This document shows, piece after piece, positions 28,539-39,375 of a stretch of DNA of 64,000 nucleotides (its first letter is position 1; the number at the start of each line of letters is the position of its first letter). The stretch is from positions 101,348-165,347 of the forward strand of contig CAVSGV010000005.1 of NCBI GenBank assembly GCA_963727815.1, written 5' to 3'. The translations under genes were made by a program, and so were the position numbers. Below the pieces are notes generated by a model that worked only from the letters and a program-made list of their open reading frames with translations, did no database searches and was not told the DNA's origin. Origin of the DNA: an uncultured bacterium (GTDB lineage: Bacteria; Margulisbacteria; WOR-1; CAVSGV01).

Positions 28539-29039
28539 ATGAAGATCGCGGTATACCCCGGCAGTTTTGACCCTGTCACCAACGGGCACGTGGACATCGT
28601 GGAGAGGGCAGCAAAGATATTCGACCTCGTGTACGTTGCCATCATCGTGAACCCTGAGAAGATACCTTATTTTGATCTTAAAGAACGCGAAGATATGCTC
28701 AAGTCGGCGGTCAAACACGTCAAAAAAGCCCGAGTGGAAAGTTTTCACGGGCTTCTTGTGGATTACGCCAGGGCAAAAAAAGCCCACGCGATAGTGAGAG
28801 GATTGAGAGCCGTCTCCGATTTTGATTTCGAGTTCCAGATGGCGCTGACCAACCTGCGCATGTGCCCGGAGATCGAAACTGTCTTTATAATGACCGATTA
28901 CAAATATTCGTATCTAAGCTCGAGCCTTGTTAAACAGATCGCTTCCCTCGGGGGAAAGATAACCGGCCTCGTCCCCAAGATAGTGGAAACCAAACTCAAG
29001 AAAAGGAGGACATCCCATGGAAATTCTCGGACTGCTTGA
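28539..29039 (+). CDS. coaD: Phosphopantetheine adenylyltransferase
   Basis: YPGSFDPVTNGH, RGLRAVSDF.FE, SSS.VK. Confidence 0.97.
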   Translation: MKIAVYPGSFDPVTNGHVDIVERAAKIFDLVYVAIIVNPEKIPYFDLKEREDMLKSAVKHVKKARVESFHGLLVDYARAKKAHAIVRGLRAVSDFDFEFQMALTNLRMCPEIETVFIMTDYKYSYLSSSLVKQIASLGGKITGLVPKIVETKLKKRRTSHGNSRTA

Positions 29040-29490
29040 TACTCTGGAGTCCATGATACTGGAAGGGTTCAGGATCCCTTTATCCAAGAAGACCATCATC
29101 AACGAAGAAAAAGTCCTCCAGGTGTTGGACAAGATAAGGCTGGTGTCGCAGGGCGGCGGCGATCTCGTGAAAAAAGCCCTAGACAAGCGCACCCCCGCGG
29201 TAAAACAGGAGACCATTGAGTTCGCCGAGGCCAGGAAAGAGCTTGAAAAGGTGAAAGAGAACATGCACGCCATGTCCGGCGGCGATGAAAAAGCCACGGA
29301 GATCATAGAGAACGCGTACAAAATATCAAAAGAGGTGCGTATGGGGGCGGATAAATACGCCGATGAGGTGCTTTCCAGCCTTGAAGCTTCCGCCAGCCGC
29401 ATATTGAGAGCTGTAAAAGCGGGCAGGGCAAGGCTGGGCAGATACGTTTCTGGGGTGACAACGCAGGAATCCAAGCCGGACAGGCTGTAA
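29017..29490 (+). CDS. Conserved coiled-coil protein typically following coaD (DivIVA/ATPase-subunit-like)
   Basis: [31 protein letters not shown]. Confidence 0.75.
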   Translation: MEILGLLDTLESMILEGFRIPLSKKTIINEEKVLQVLDKIRLVSQGGGDLVKKALDKRTPAVKQETIEFAEARKELEKVKENMHAMSGGDEKATEIIENAYKISKEVRMGADKYADEVLSSLEASASRILRAVKAGRARLGRYVSGVTTQESKPDRL

Positions 29491-29494
29491 AGGT

Positions 29495-30232
29495 ATGGTG
29501 ACGAATAAGGTGACGAATAGGATAGACGGCCGAAAGGCTGATGAATTAAGGAAAGTAACGATAACCAGGAATTACCTGAAATATCCCGACGGTTCGGTGC
29601 TTATCGAGTGCGGCGATACCAAGGTGATATGTACAGCTATAATTGAAGATGGCGTTCCCAACCACAGGAAGGGTTCCGGAGCCGGATGGATATCCGCTGA
29701 ATACTCCATGATACCCGGATCCACAGCCGAGAGGGCCCAGAGGGAAGCTTACCACGGCAGGCCGAAGGGCAGGTCGCTTGAGATACAGCGTCTCGTGGGC
29801 AGGTCGCTAAGGACGATCGTCGATATGGAAGCCATGGGCGAGAGGACGGTGCTTATCGACGCGGACGTGATCCAGGCTGACGGCGGGACAAGGACGGCCT
29901 CGATAACCGGTTCTTTTGTCGCTCTTTATGACGCTTTCACAAAGCTTAAGAAAGAGGGAAAGATCGAAAAGCTCCCGATAAAGGAATTCCTTGCCGCGAC
30001 TTCCGTGGGCGTCCTGGGAGACGCAAAACTGCTGGACATCAAATACGAGGAAGATTCGCAGGCGGACGTTGACATGAACGTGGTAATGACGGAGTCCGGA
30101 AAACTTGTGGAAGTGCAGGGGACCGCGGAACAAGAGCCTTTCTCAAAAAAGACCCTGGACGAGCTGCTCGACCTGGGCGCGAAAGGCATAAGAGAGCTGA
30201 TAGTGCTGCAGCATAAAGTGTTAGGGGTGTAA
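29495..30232 (+). CDS. rph: Ribonuclease PH
   Basis: R.DGR...[46 protein letters not shown]. Confidence 0.96.
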   Translation: MVTNKVTNRIDGRKADELRKVTITRNYLKYPDGSVLIECGDTKVICTAIIEDGVPNHRKGSGAGWISAEYSMIPGSTAERAQREAYHGRPKGRSLEIQRLVGRSLRTIVDMEAMGERTVLIDADVIQADGGTRTASITGSFVALYDAFTKLKKEGKIEKLPIKEFLAATSVGVLGDAKLLDIKYEEDSQADVDMNVVMTESGKLVEVQGTAEQEPFSKKTLDELLDLGAKGIRELIVLQHKVLGV

Positions 30233-30236
30233 TAAA

Positions 30237-31547
30237 ATGAAAATATGCGTAATAGGGACAGGATACGTTGGACTGGTGACGGGAGCTTGCCTGTCGAACC
30301 TGGGCAACGAAGTTGTCTGCGTAGACAAGGACGTAACAAGGATATCCAGCCTTAAAAAATCGGTGATCCCTTTTTACGAGCCGGGATTGAAGGAGATGGT
30401 CCTTAAGAATTTCAGGTCCGGAAGGCTTTCTTTCACGACCAGCATACTTGAAGGCGTGAAAAAAGGCGAAGTGATATTCATTGCCGTTGGGACGCCGCCC
30501 ATGGAAAGCGGACAAGCCGACATTTCGGCGGTCATTAACGTCGCGAAACAGATAGCAGGGGCTCTAAAGTCTGACGGCAAAATGGACAAGAAATTCAAGG
30601 TTATAGTCAACAAGAGCACCGTCCCGGTGGGAATGGGCGACATAGTGACCAAGATACTTATCGAGAGAGGCGTTCCCGAAAAAAGCTTCGCTGTGGTTTC
30701 GAACCCGGAATTCCTTAGAGAGGGGACCGCCGTTGGCGATTTCATGTCGCCGGACAGGATCGTCATCGGCGCGCCGAACAGCAAGGCGTTCAACGTCATA
30801 ACGGAACTTTACAGGCCGCTCAACGCTCACATCATTTTTACGACCGTGAAAAGCGCTGAACTCATCAAATACGCTTCCAACTCTTTCCTCGCGACGAAAA
30901 TATCCTTCATAAACGAGATCGCCAACATCTGCGAAAGGGTAGGAAGCGACGTCGTCGAAGTGGCTTACGCGATGGGCCTGGACAAGAGGATCGGCAGGGA
31001 ATTCCTAAATGCAGGGATCGGATACGGAGGATCATGCCTGCCGAAGGACGTCTCCGCGCTCATCCATCTTGCGAAATCGGGCGGATACGATCCGCAGATA
31101 CTGAGGGCGGTCAACGACACGAACGACGAACAGAGAGCCAGAATTGTGGAAAAGATCGAAAGCATCCTCAAGGCATTGAAGGGTAAAACCATCGGCGTGC
31201 TTGGGCTTTCGTTCAAGCCCGAGACCGACGACCTCCGTGACGCGCCGTCCATCGACATTGCGAAGGAGCTCATGAAAAGGGGAGCGAAAGTTAAAGCGTA
31301 CGATCCGGTAGCGCAGGAAAAGGCAAAGAAAATATTGAAAGGCGTTGTGTTCTGCAAGACTGCCTACGAATCGCTCAAAAGCGTGGACGCGGCGGTGGTA
31401 ATGGCGGAATGGGGCGAATTCAGGGAGCTGGACATGGAGAAGGTGCGCAAGCTGATGAAGAAGCCGGTGATATTCGACGGGCGCAACATCTACAACCCGA
31501 AGAGAATGAAGGAACTGGGCTTCAAATATTTTGGAGTGGGGAGATAA
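30237..31547 (+). CDS. ugd: UDP-glucose 6-dehydrogenase
   Basis: GTGYVG, NKSTVP, SNPEFLREG, GYGGSCLPKD. Confidence 0.93.
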   Translation: MKICVIGTGYVGLVTGACLSNLGNEVVCVDKDVTRISSLKKSVIPFYEPGLKEMVLKNFRSGRLSFTTSILEGVKKGEVIFIAVGTPPMESGQADISAVINVAKQIAGALKSDGKMDKKFKVIVNKSTVPVGMGDIVTKILIERGVPEKSFAVVSNPEFLREGTAVGDFMSPDRIVIGAPNSKAFNVITELYRPLNAHIIFTTVKSAELIKYASNSFLATKISFINEIANICERVGSDVVEVAYAMGLDKRIGREFLNAGIGYGGSCLPKDVSALIHLAKSGGYDPQILRAVNDTNDEQRARIVEKIESILKALKGKTIGVLGLSFKPETDDLRDAPSIDIAKELMKRGAKVKAYDPVAQEKAKKILKGVVFCKTAYESLKSVDAAVVMAEWGEFRELDMEKVRKLMKKPVIFDGRNIYNPKRMKELGFKYFGVGR

Positions 31548-32471
31548 TTGAAAATACTCGTGACCGGCGGGGCCGGTTTCATAGGCTCTCACTTATGCGA
31601 CCTCCTTCTGGAGAAGGGCCATTTCGTGGTTTGCGTGGACAACCTTCTCACCGGCGACATCAAGAACATCCGTCATAATCTCCAGAACAAGAGATTCACT
31701 TTCATAAAGCACGACATCGTTAAGCCGCTCAAGATAGCCGGGCGGATAGATCAGATACTCAACTTCGCTTCTCCGGCAAGCCCGGTCGACTACATGAACT
31801 ATCCGCTTGAGACTCTCGACGTGGGCTCGACGGGGACGAAGAACCTGCTCGAGCTGGCGAAAAAGAAAAAAGCCAAATTCCTTCTTGCTTCGACGTCGGA
31901 AGTTTACGGCGACCCGAAAATATCCCCGCAGAAAGAAGATTATTTCGGCAACGTGAATTCCGTGGGTCCGCGGTCGGTCTATGATGAAGCGAAGAGGTTC
32001 GCGGAAGCAGTCACGACGGCCTACTCCCGCGAAAAGCTGGCTGACACGAAAATAATCAGGATATTCAACACATACGGACCCAGGATGGGGCTTGATGACG
32101 GACGGATAGTGCCGAACTTCGTCAAGCAGGCGCTTACAGGACAGGCGCTCACCGTTTACGGCGACGGATCCCAGACACGGAGTTTCTGTTACGTTTCGGA
32201 CCTCATCGACGGCGTCTACAAAATGATGTACGCGAAGGTCGACGGCCCGGTGAACCTGGGAAATCCGAACGAGATGAAGGTCATCGATTTTGCCGGCAAG
32301 ATAATCCGGCTGACCGGCAGCCGTTCGAAGATAGTCCACAAGCCTCTCCCGCAGGACGACCCGAAGCAAAGGTGTCCCGACATCTCAAAGGCGAAAAAAG
32401 AACTCGGGTGGGCGCCGAAAGTGGACCTGGATGAGGGGCTGAAAAAGACAATCGAATGGTTCTCTTCCTGA
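31548..32471 (+). CDS. UDP-glucuronate decarboxylase (UDP-xylose synthase)-like SDR
   Basis: [57 protein letters not shown]. Confidence 0.88.
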   Translation: MKILVTGGAGFIGSHLCDLLLEKGHFVVCVDNLLTGDIKNIRHNLQNKRFTFIKHDIVKPLKIAGRIDQILNFASPASPVDYMNYPLETLDVGSTGTKNLLELAKKKKAKFLLASTSEVYGDPKISPQKEDYFGNVNSVGPRSVYDEAKRFAEAVTTAYSREKLADTKIIRIFNTYGPRMGLDDGRIVPNFVKQALTGQALTVYGDGSQTRSFCYVSDLIDGVYKMMYAKVDGPVNLGNPNEMKVIDFAGKIIRLTGSRSKIVHKPLPQDDPKQRCPDISKAKKELGWAPKVDLDEGLKKTIEWFSS

Positions 32472-32481
32472 CGCGGATATA

Positions 32482-33642
32482 ATGAACAATCTACTTCAAA
32501 AATTAAAAAGCAAGATATCGCGAAGGACAAGTCTTGTTCTTCTCCCTATCATTGCCGCGATCAAATATCACAACGACAAAAATTATGATCTTGCGCTTGT
32601 CGACAAGGGCTTTGCCAGCAGGATGAAATCTGCGGACGCGGAAGAACATAAGATCGTCGAACGGATAATCAGGGCCTATAATAAAGCGAAAGCAGCGCAG
32701 AAAAACCTAAGCGAAATATTCCAGGTTAGCAACGAGTGGCTTCCCATTTATAATCGATACATGGGAAATATCATTGACGCGCTGACAAAAGAGAACGCCG
32801 CGAAAGTGTCGGAGATATACGGGAATTTCATGCGGGACGACTGCAGCACGGGGCTGCAAGGCCTTCCGCTGGACATGAAGAAATGTTTTTTCAGCGGAAA
32901 GATAAGCCGCATGCACAAGATGCTTTTTCTCGCTGACGTACTTCACAGGCATGACTTATGGAAGAAGTTTCTCGGCGGGAAATATACCGACGATGCTCTC
33001 TCTTCTTCCGACATCGGCAATCCCTATGGCTACTATATCGACGGAAAATTCATCCGGACAGGCGCGGAGACCTTTCATTATTTTGCCGCGCGCATCAGCG
33101 GCCTTCTGAAAGACGTTCGTGGCAGGAAGATGGTTGCGGAGATCGGCGGCGGATACGGCGGGATGGCTTATTTCCTTCTCCGGGATAACGCGGACGTCAC
33201 ATACGCAGATTTCGATCTTCCCGAGAACATGGCTCTTACCTCCTATTATCTGCTTAACTCGTTCCCGAAAAAAAAGGCCCTGCTTTACGGCGAGGGGAAG
33301 CTGGACGCGCGGTCGCTGGCGGAGAACGAAATCATCATAATGCCGAATTTCGAGTTCGCGGAACTTCCGTCCGGCGCAGCGGACCTGGTCTACAATTCAT
33401 ATTCCCTGGCGGAGATGTCGCGCGGGACCATTGATCACTATGTTAGCGAAACGGCTAGGATATCCAAAAGATATTTCCTTCACGTGAACCATACAAGGCA
33501 CAGCGCCGTGGTGGCCGATGACTTCGGGGTCGACAGGAATAGTTTCGACCTGGCAAGCAAACAACCCGCCCGATGGAGCGACATGATAAGCCTTTACACG
33601 GAGTACTACGAATATTTATATAAGAAAAAAGATATTCCATGA
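32482..33642 (+). CDS. Putative sugar O-methyltransferase
   Basis: EIGGGYGG, DFDLPE, NSYSLAEM....HY; glycan-locus context. Confidence 0.75.
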   Translation: MNNLLQKLKSKISRRTSLVLLPIIAAIKYHNDKNYDLALVDKGFASRMKSADAEEHKIVERIIRAYNKAKAAQKNLSEIFQVSNEWLPIYNRYMGNIIDALTKENAAKVSEIYGNFMRDDCSTGLQGLPLDMKKCFFSGKISRMHKMLFLADVLHRHDLWKKFLGGKYTDDALSSSDIGNPYGYYIDGKFIRTGAETFHYFAARISGLLKDVRGRKMVAEIGGGYGGMAYFLLRDNADVTYADFDLPENMALTSYYLLNSFPKKKALLYGEGKLDARSLAENEIIIMPNFEFAELPSGAADLVYNSYSLAEMSRGTIDHYVSETARISKRYFLHVNHTRHSAVVADDFGVDRNSFDLASKQPARWSDMISLYTEYYEYLYKKKDIP

Positions 33643-35294
33643 AAAAAATGCGCCTGTTAATAGTTATTCCGAGATTTTATAAAGATGGGGTCAATTTCAT
33701 CTATTCTTTCCCGCTGGGAATACCGTACATCTCGGCGGTCCTGAAGCAGGCCGGGCATACCGTAGATTGCCTCAACATGAACCATTGTGAGGGGACCGCG
33801 CGCGAACTTATAGACAAATACCTGCGATCGGATAATAAATACGACTTTGTCCTTTCCGGCGGGATATCAAACGACTACAACAGGATAAAAGAGCTTGTGG
33901 ATGCCGTGCACGCATCCGATCCCGCATGCGGCGTCATAATGGGGGGCGCGATAATATCGAGCGAGCCGGAACTGATGTTCAACGCGCTGAACCTGGATTA
34001 CGCGGTAATAGGGGAGGGCGAGGAAACGATACGGGAACTTATGGAATGCCTGAAAAACCACGGGGATGTAAGCGAGGTGGACGGGATAGCGTACCGCGAC
34101 GCGCAGGGGAAATTCGCCGCCACAAAAGCGCGCGAGAACATAAAGGACATCGACAGCATTCCTCTTCCCGACCTGGAAAGCTTTGAATACGGGAAGGTTT
34201 TAGATCACCTTCACCCCAGCGACGACTATGTCTACGATCTGTTCGACCATCCCAGGCCGTACCCCGTCATCTGCAGCCGTTCATGCCCGTTCAAGTGCAC
34301 TTTTTGCTTCCACCCTCTGGGCAACAGATACAGGCAGAGGTCGGTCGACTTCGTCATTCAGGAGCTTTCCGTAATGGTCAAACGCTACAGGATAAACATC
34401 ATCACGATCTATGACGATCTTTTCACCAACGACCGCGAATGGCTCGCTGAATTCTGCAGCCGCATCAAAACTCTTTTTAAGGAGCTTCCCTGGGAATGCA
34501 AATGGGGCTGTCAGATGCGGGTCATTGACGTGGATGACGGAATATTAAATACCATGAAAGACGCCGGCTGCTTCATGGTGAGCTACGGTCTTGAGAGCTA
34601 CAGCCCCGCCGTTCTGAAAAGCATGAAAAAACACATAACTCCCGCTCAGATAGATAACGCGGTCCAGACCACCTTGAAGCACAATTTGAGCGTCCAGGGC
34701 AACTTCATTTTCGGTGACGTGGCTGAAACCCCGCGAACGGTAAAAGAGACCCTGGATTATTACAGGAAGAACGCGGCGTCAGGCATCAACCTGGGGCTGA
34801 TAATACCCTATCCGGGCTCCGAGATATATGACAGCTGCGTTGAACGGGGGTTGATAAAAGACCGGATGGCGTTCATAGCCGGCGGGATCCATGAGAACAC
34901 GTTCAACATGACGGAAAAAATGACGGCAAAAGAATACAGGAACATGTGGTTCGATATTTTCAAGGCCAGGTCGCTGTACAGGGCCAGAACAAGGAAATGG
35001 TCGCTGAAGAAAATGCCGGATGGAACGTTCAATGTCCGCGTCAAATGTCCGCATTGCGGGAAGGAGAGCGAGTACGGGAATTACCTGCTTCCTTCGCGTT
35101 ATATTTTCAATAAAATGATGTACTGCCGTTCGTGCCGGTACCGGTTCCATCTTGTTTCCGGCATTTATAATTTCCTGGAAAGGACTTTGGTGATAATGGG
35201 CATCGTCCTGCCTGGGAGCGTATATTTCCTCAGGATGACGGTGCTTCCGTCCGCGAAAGCGCTCATCCGAAAATTGAAACGGGTAAAAAAATGA
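33639..35294 (+). CDS. B12-binding radical SAM enzyme with C-terminal Zn-ribbon
   Basis: N-terminal cobalamin domain (PLGIPYISAVLKQAGH), SRSCPFKCTFC, YGLES, CPHC..CRSC. Confidence 0.9.
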   Translation: MKKMRLLIVIPRFYKDGVNFIYSFPLGIPYISAVLKQAGHTVDCLNMNHCEGTARELIDKYLRSDNKYDFVLSGGISNDYNRIKELVDAVHASDPACGVIMGGAIISSEPELMFNALNLDYAVIGEGEETIRELMECLKNHGDVSEVDGIAYRDAQGKFAATKARENIKDIDSIPLPDLESFEYGKVLDHLHPSDDYVYDLFDHPRPYPVICSRSCPFKCTFCFHPLGNRYRQRSVDFVIQELSVMVKRYRINIITIYDDLFTNDREWLAEFCSRIKTLFKELPWECKWGCQMRVIDVDDGILNTMKDAGCFMVSYGLESYSPAVLKSMKKHITPAQIDNAVQTTLKHNLSVQGNFIFGDVAETPRTVKETLDYYRKNAASGINLGLIIPYPGSEIYDSCVERGLIKDRMAFIAGGIHENTFNMTEKMTAKEYRNMWFDIFKARSLYRARTRKWSLKKMPDGTFNVRVKCPHCGKESEYGNYLLPSRYIFNKMMYCRSCRYRFHLVSGIYNFLERTLVIMGIVLPGSVYFLRMTVLPSAKALIRKLKRVKK

Positions 35295-36700
35295 ATGCTT
35301 TTATTAAGAAAATATCGATAACAAAACTTATCGGGTCGGCACTGAGAATGCAGTGGCTTTCGCAGGACCTGGTCTTCACGGGGTTGAACCAGCTGTGGAG
35401 AATAGTGTCCGGACCGACCACTTTGCTGCTTATTCCGCTTTTTCTTTCGCCGCAGGTCCAGGGATACTGGTTCACAATAATCGGTCTTTCCTTCCTTATG
35501 ATCTTCGCGGACCTCGGTTTTTCGAACATCACGCTGCAGTTCGCCGCGCATGAATTTGCTTACCTGCGTTTTGGCCGGGACAGGCGCATCGGCGGCGACA
35601 AAGAACATCTGACAAAACTTTCATCGTTCTTCGTTTTTTCGCTGAAATGGGCTGTCTTTGTCGTCGTTGTAGCCGTTCCCGTCATTTCGGGGATCAGTTT
35701 CCTGCTCCTGACGAGAAGGTCGACCGATATCCGCTGGTTCCTTCCCTGGCTCATTTACCTCATCGCTTCGGTCGTCGTTTTCTTCAACAACGTGGTGATG
35801 TACTTTTTTGAAGGATGCGATTCGGTCGCCCTGGCGCAGAGGATAAGGCTGGCGATAGCCGTGGTGCTTTCGCTGATCATGTGGGCGGGGCTGGTGCGGG
35901 GCGCGGGACTGTACGCTCTTGCTTTTTCTCTCCTGGCCAGCGCGATAGCCGGAAGCGCGCTGATATTTTTTGTTTTCAGGGAGACGATCGCGGGGCTTAT
36001 GGATAACGCTAAGGCCTCTTCATATGCCTGGGGAGGCGAGTTCTTCCCTCTGCTTTGGCGTTACGCGATAAGCTGGGCGAGCGGCTATTTCATATTCCAG
36101 ATATATACTCCGCTAATGTTCTACTATCACGGCGCAGTGGAGGCGGGAAGGATAGGTATAACCATTGCCCTGTGGACTGCGATAATCAACATCTCGCTGG
36201 TATGGATATCTTCCGTGACGCCGCGGATAAACATACACGTATCGCGGAAGGAATGGCACCAGCTTGATAAGCTGTTCTTTAAAAGGATGGCGCTGACAAT
36301 GCTGACGTTCGTGCTGGGCGCGGGCGCGTTCTTCGCGCTTTATTTCACTCTGAGACTGAAGCTTAACATTTTGAACAGGTTCTCCGACCTGAACACCCTC
36401 ATTTTACTGGCGTTCGTATGGTTCCTGCAGACGATAATCAATTCGCTTGCCGTGTATCTCCGGTCGCATAAACAAGAACCGCTCGTTCTTCCTTCTTTTG
36501 TTGCCGCAGTCTATATTACCGTAACTACGTTATTGTGCGCCAAATATCTTCCTGCCGATTATTTTTTCTTGGGGTTCTTCTCGTCATATTTCTGGACGCT
36601 GCCGTGGGTCATCATCATCTATTTCAGGAAGAGAAAGGAACTGGAATTGAAGCACGAAGTATCGGAAGGAGGGGCAGATGAATTCATTAAATATGTTTAG
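35291..36700 (+). CDS. Wzx-like polysaccharide flippase
   Basis: Many TM segments; QGYWFT...L.IFADLGF; Y.RSHK.EP. Confidence 0.75.
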   Translation: MNAFIKKISITKLIGSALRMQWLSQDLVFTGLNQLWRIVSGPTTLLLIPLFLSPQVQGYWFTIIGLSFLMIFADLGFSNITLQFAAHEFAYLRFGRDRRIGGDKEHLTKLSSFFVFSLKWAVFVVVVAVPVISGISFLLLTRRSTDIRWFLPWLIYLIASVVVFFNNVVMYFFEGCDSVALAQRIRLAIAVVLSLIMWAGLVRGAGLYALAFSLLASAIAGSALIFFVFRETIAGLMDNAKASSYAWGGEFFPLLWRYAISWASGYFIFQIYTPLMFYYHGAVEAGRIGITIALWTAIINISLVWISSVTPRINIHVSRKEWHQLDKLFFKRMALTMLTFVLGAGAFFALYFTLRLKLNILNRFSDLNTLILLAFVWFLQTIINSLAVYLRSHKQEPLVLPSFVAAVYITVTTLLCAKYLPADYFFLGFFSSYFWTLPWVIIIYFRKRKELELKHEVSEGGADEFIKYV

Positions 36701-37334
36701 GGAGGATGGGGTTTTCATTTTTGCCGTGGAGGTTTGCCGCAAACTGCATCGGAAGCTCTACAATTTTTTCCTTTCGCTCAAACTGAAGAACGGCGGCGGG
36801 CTTGATATTGCGCCGTCATCTTTCATTCGAGGCGTTTCTCATATCCTAGTCGGAAAGAATTTCCGCTCGCGGGAGCATTTAAGGCTGGAGGCGGTGACAG
36901 CGCATAAAGGCATAAGCTACGATCCGCGCATCGTCATAAAGGACAACGTTGAGGTGAACGACTATGTCCACATCGGCGCGGCGGAAAAAGTTGAGATCGG
37001 CAATAATGTCCTCATCGCCAGCAAGGTCTATATTTCCGACCACAACCACGGCGGCTATTCCGGAAGTGTTCATACCGATCCTTCCATCGCTCCGATAGAC
37101 CGTCCTCTTACAAAAGGCAAAGGAGTTATCATTGGCGACAACGTCTGGATAGGCGAATCGGTCTCCGTCCTTCCCGGCGTAAAGATAGGAGAGGGAAGCG
37201 TCATCGGCGCGAACTCGGTGGTAAACCGCGACATTCCGCCTTTCTCGATCGCGGTCGGCTCGCCGGCGGTTGTTATAAAGAAGTTCGATAAAGCTTCGAA
37301 GAAATGGATATCCTTTAACGAGGGCGGCAGATAA
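36678..37334 (+). CDS. Hexapeptide-repeat O-acetyltransferase
   Basis: IGNNVLIAS.VYISDHNHG, IGDNVWIGE, IGANSVV, G.PA.VIK. Confidence 0.9.
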   Translation: MNSLNMFREDGVFIFAVEVCRKLHRKLYNFFLSLKLKNGGGLDIAPSSFIRGVSHILVGKNFRSREHLRLEAVTAHKGISYDPRIVIKDNVEVNDYVHIGAAEKVEIGNNVLIASKVYISDHNHGGYSGSVHTDPSIAPIDRPLTKGKGVIIGDNVWIGESVSVLPGVKIGEGSVIGANSVVNRDIPPFSIAVGSPAVVIKKFDKASKKWISFNEGGR

Positions 37335-38386
37335 TGGCTCCGATCCTTACTATCGCGATCCCCACTTATAACAGGAGCAAACTCCTGGAGGTCTGCCTTT
37401 CGCAGATTTTCCGTCAGGCCTTTCCGGGACTGGATGAGATCGAGGTCATCGTATCTGACAACCACTCGATGGATGGAACGCAGAGCGTCGTTCAAAAGTT
37501 CATCTCCGAAGGGCATAAGATCAATTACCTGCGCAACGACGAGAACATCGGCTCCGACAGGAACATTTATCAATGTTTCAAAGCCGCCTCCGGTAAATAC
37601 GTCCTCATATTCGGCGATGACGACGTCCTCATTGACGGCTCCATCGAAAAGCTCCTGAAGATATTGAGGTCGGGGGAATACGGCGTCGTGAACCTGGCAA
37701 GCTACAGCTACAAGGAAGATTTCCGCTCTGAGATGCCGAAGAGGAAGACATTTTTCAGGCTTGTAGAATACCGCGATGCTGGATCGTTCTTGGAAAGGGT
37801 CAACTGCATGATCACTTTCATTTCCGGCAACGTCATCAACAAGTCGCTCGTCTCAAAGGACATCGACTTTGACAGCTTCCTGAAATGCCAGCTGATGCAG
37901 ACCATCTGGGCGCTCTCGGCACTTTTCAATTCATCGAAGAACCTTGTCGTGGACGAACTGATGGTGGCCGCGAAAGAAGCGAACACCGGAGGTTATGCTC
38001 TGGCAAATATCTTTGCCGTCAATCAGAAAATGGTTTTTGATCTTTTTGTCTCAAGAGGGATATCACCCAAAGTATTCAGGCGGTACAATTCAAAAGTGCT
38101 CATCGGATTTTTCCCATATTTCATCTACCTCCTCAGAAAGACCGGCGACAAGAGCACTTTCATAAAGGAGGATTTTTTCGCGGTCATGCGGCCGCTCTAT
38201 TCGTCATATCCGAACTTCTGGATGTTCACGGTCCCGATAATAAAATTGCCCCTGAAGCTTGCTTATGTTTGGCTCCAGGCGGCGACGCTCATCAGCAGGG
38301 GACTTAAGGTCCTGGGGAAGGCGTGGATCATAGCTGTGAATTTTCTGCGCGGCAATATTTCGGGGACGCTGACGGTCGGAAGATGA
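37334..38386 (+). CDS. GT2 glycosyltransferase
   Basis: IAIPTYNRS, SDNHS.DGT, N.G.DRN, FGDDD. Confidence 0.9.
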   Translation: MAPILTIAIPTYNRSKLLEVCLSQIFRQAFPGLDEIEVIVSDNHSMDGTQSVVQKFISEGHKINYLRNDENIGSDRNIYQCFKAASGKYVLIFGDDDVLIDGSIEKLLKILRSGEYGVVNLASYSYKEDFRSEMPKRKTFFRLVEYRDAGSFLERVNCMITFISGNVINKSLVSKDIDFDSFLKCQLMQTIWALSALFNSSKNLVVDELMVAAKEANTGGYALANIFAVNQKMVFDLFVSRGISPKVFRRYNSKVLIGFFPYFIYLLRKTGDKSTFIKEDFFAVMRPLYSSYPNFWMFTVPIIKLPLKLAYVWLQAATLISRGLKVLGKAWIIAVNFLRGNISGTLTVGR

Positions 38387-39375
38387 ACAAGACCCTTTCC
38401 ATTTGCATACCGACATATAACCGGGTGCAGCTTCTTAGCGGATGCCTTGATCACCTTATTCCCCAGGCAAGAAAACACGGGATCGCCATTTACGTTTCCG
38501 ACAACGCTTCGACGGATGCAACATCAAAGGTCGTCTCGGCGGCGAAGAAAAAGTACCGCAACATCTTTTATCGCAGGAATGTCCGCAACATCGGTCCCGA
38601 TCTCAACGAAATGTCCGTCCTAAAGATGTCAAAAAGCCGTTATGCCTGGCTGCTGGGCGATAAATACAGAATATCACATGGCCGTATCGATGACGTCCTT
38701 GCGATACTGGAGGAAAATAGACCAGACCTTTTGATCGTGAACACCGGCGACAAGGCAAGAGACAAGAACGAACTCGTCAATGCGCGGGTCAAAGACATCG
38801 ATGGCGACAGGATCTACAGGAACAGGAACGAGCTTCTGGAGGATCTGGGCTGGCACATGACCTTGATATCAAGTCTCATCTTCGGACGGGACATCATCAG
38901 AAAAGGAAGGTTCTCAAAATACGCCGGCACGAATTTTATCCACGTCGGCGTGATCTTCGACTATCTGGCCCGCAGGGATTTCACAGCATACTGGTATTCA
39001 AGGCCTTCTGTTTTCAGCGCGGGGTGGTTCGATTGGGCGGACAGGATATTCGAGATATGCGCTGAGAAATGGCCCCGTCTCATTTTTTCGCTTCCCGATG
39101 CGTACAGTGCGGAGGCAAAAGCAAAGTGCATCAAGGACCACGGCATCAAGAGCACAGTCTTCACGTTCAGTGTGCTTGTTAAGCTGAGGGGGCTGGGCTT
39201 TTTCGACCTTGAGAAATTCAGACGGTATAAGAAATGTTTTCCCGCCGTCACTAACGTGCCCGTTATCATCATGTATCTGATATCCATAACGCCGGTACCG
39301 CGGCCAATGATCGATCTTCTGAGGAGGATCAAGGCGAGGATGGATGAGAGAGAATATCTTGATGCGAAAAGATAA
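38383..39375 (+). CDS. GT2 glycosyltransferase
   Basis: ICIPTYNR, SDNASTD, NIGPD.N; paralog-like to the upstream GT2. Confidence 0.88.
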   Translation: MNKTLSICIPTYNRVQLLSGCLDHLIPQARKHGIAIYVSDNASTDATSKVVSAAKKKYRNIFYRRNVRNIGPDLNEMSVLKMSKSRYAWLLGDKYRISHGRIDDVLAILEENRPDLLIVNTGDKARDKNELVNARVKDIDGDRIYRNRNELLEDLGWHMTLISSLIFGRDIIRKGRFSKYAGTNFIHVGVIFDYLARRDFTAYWYSRPSVFSAGWFDWADRIFEICAEKWPRLIFSLPDAYSAEAKAKCIKDHGIKSTVFTFSVLVKLRGLGFFDLEKFRRYKKCFPAVTNVPVIIMYLISITPVPRPMIDLLRRIKARMDEREYLDAKR

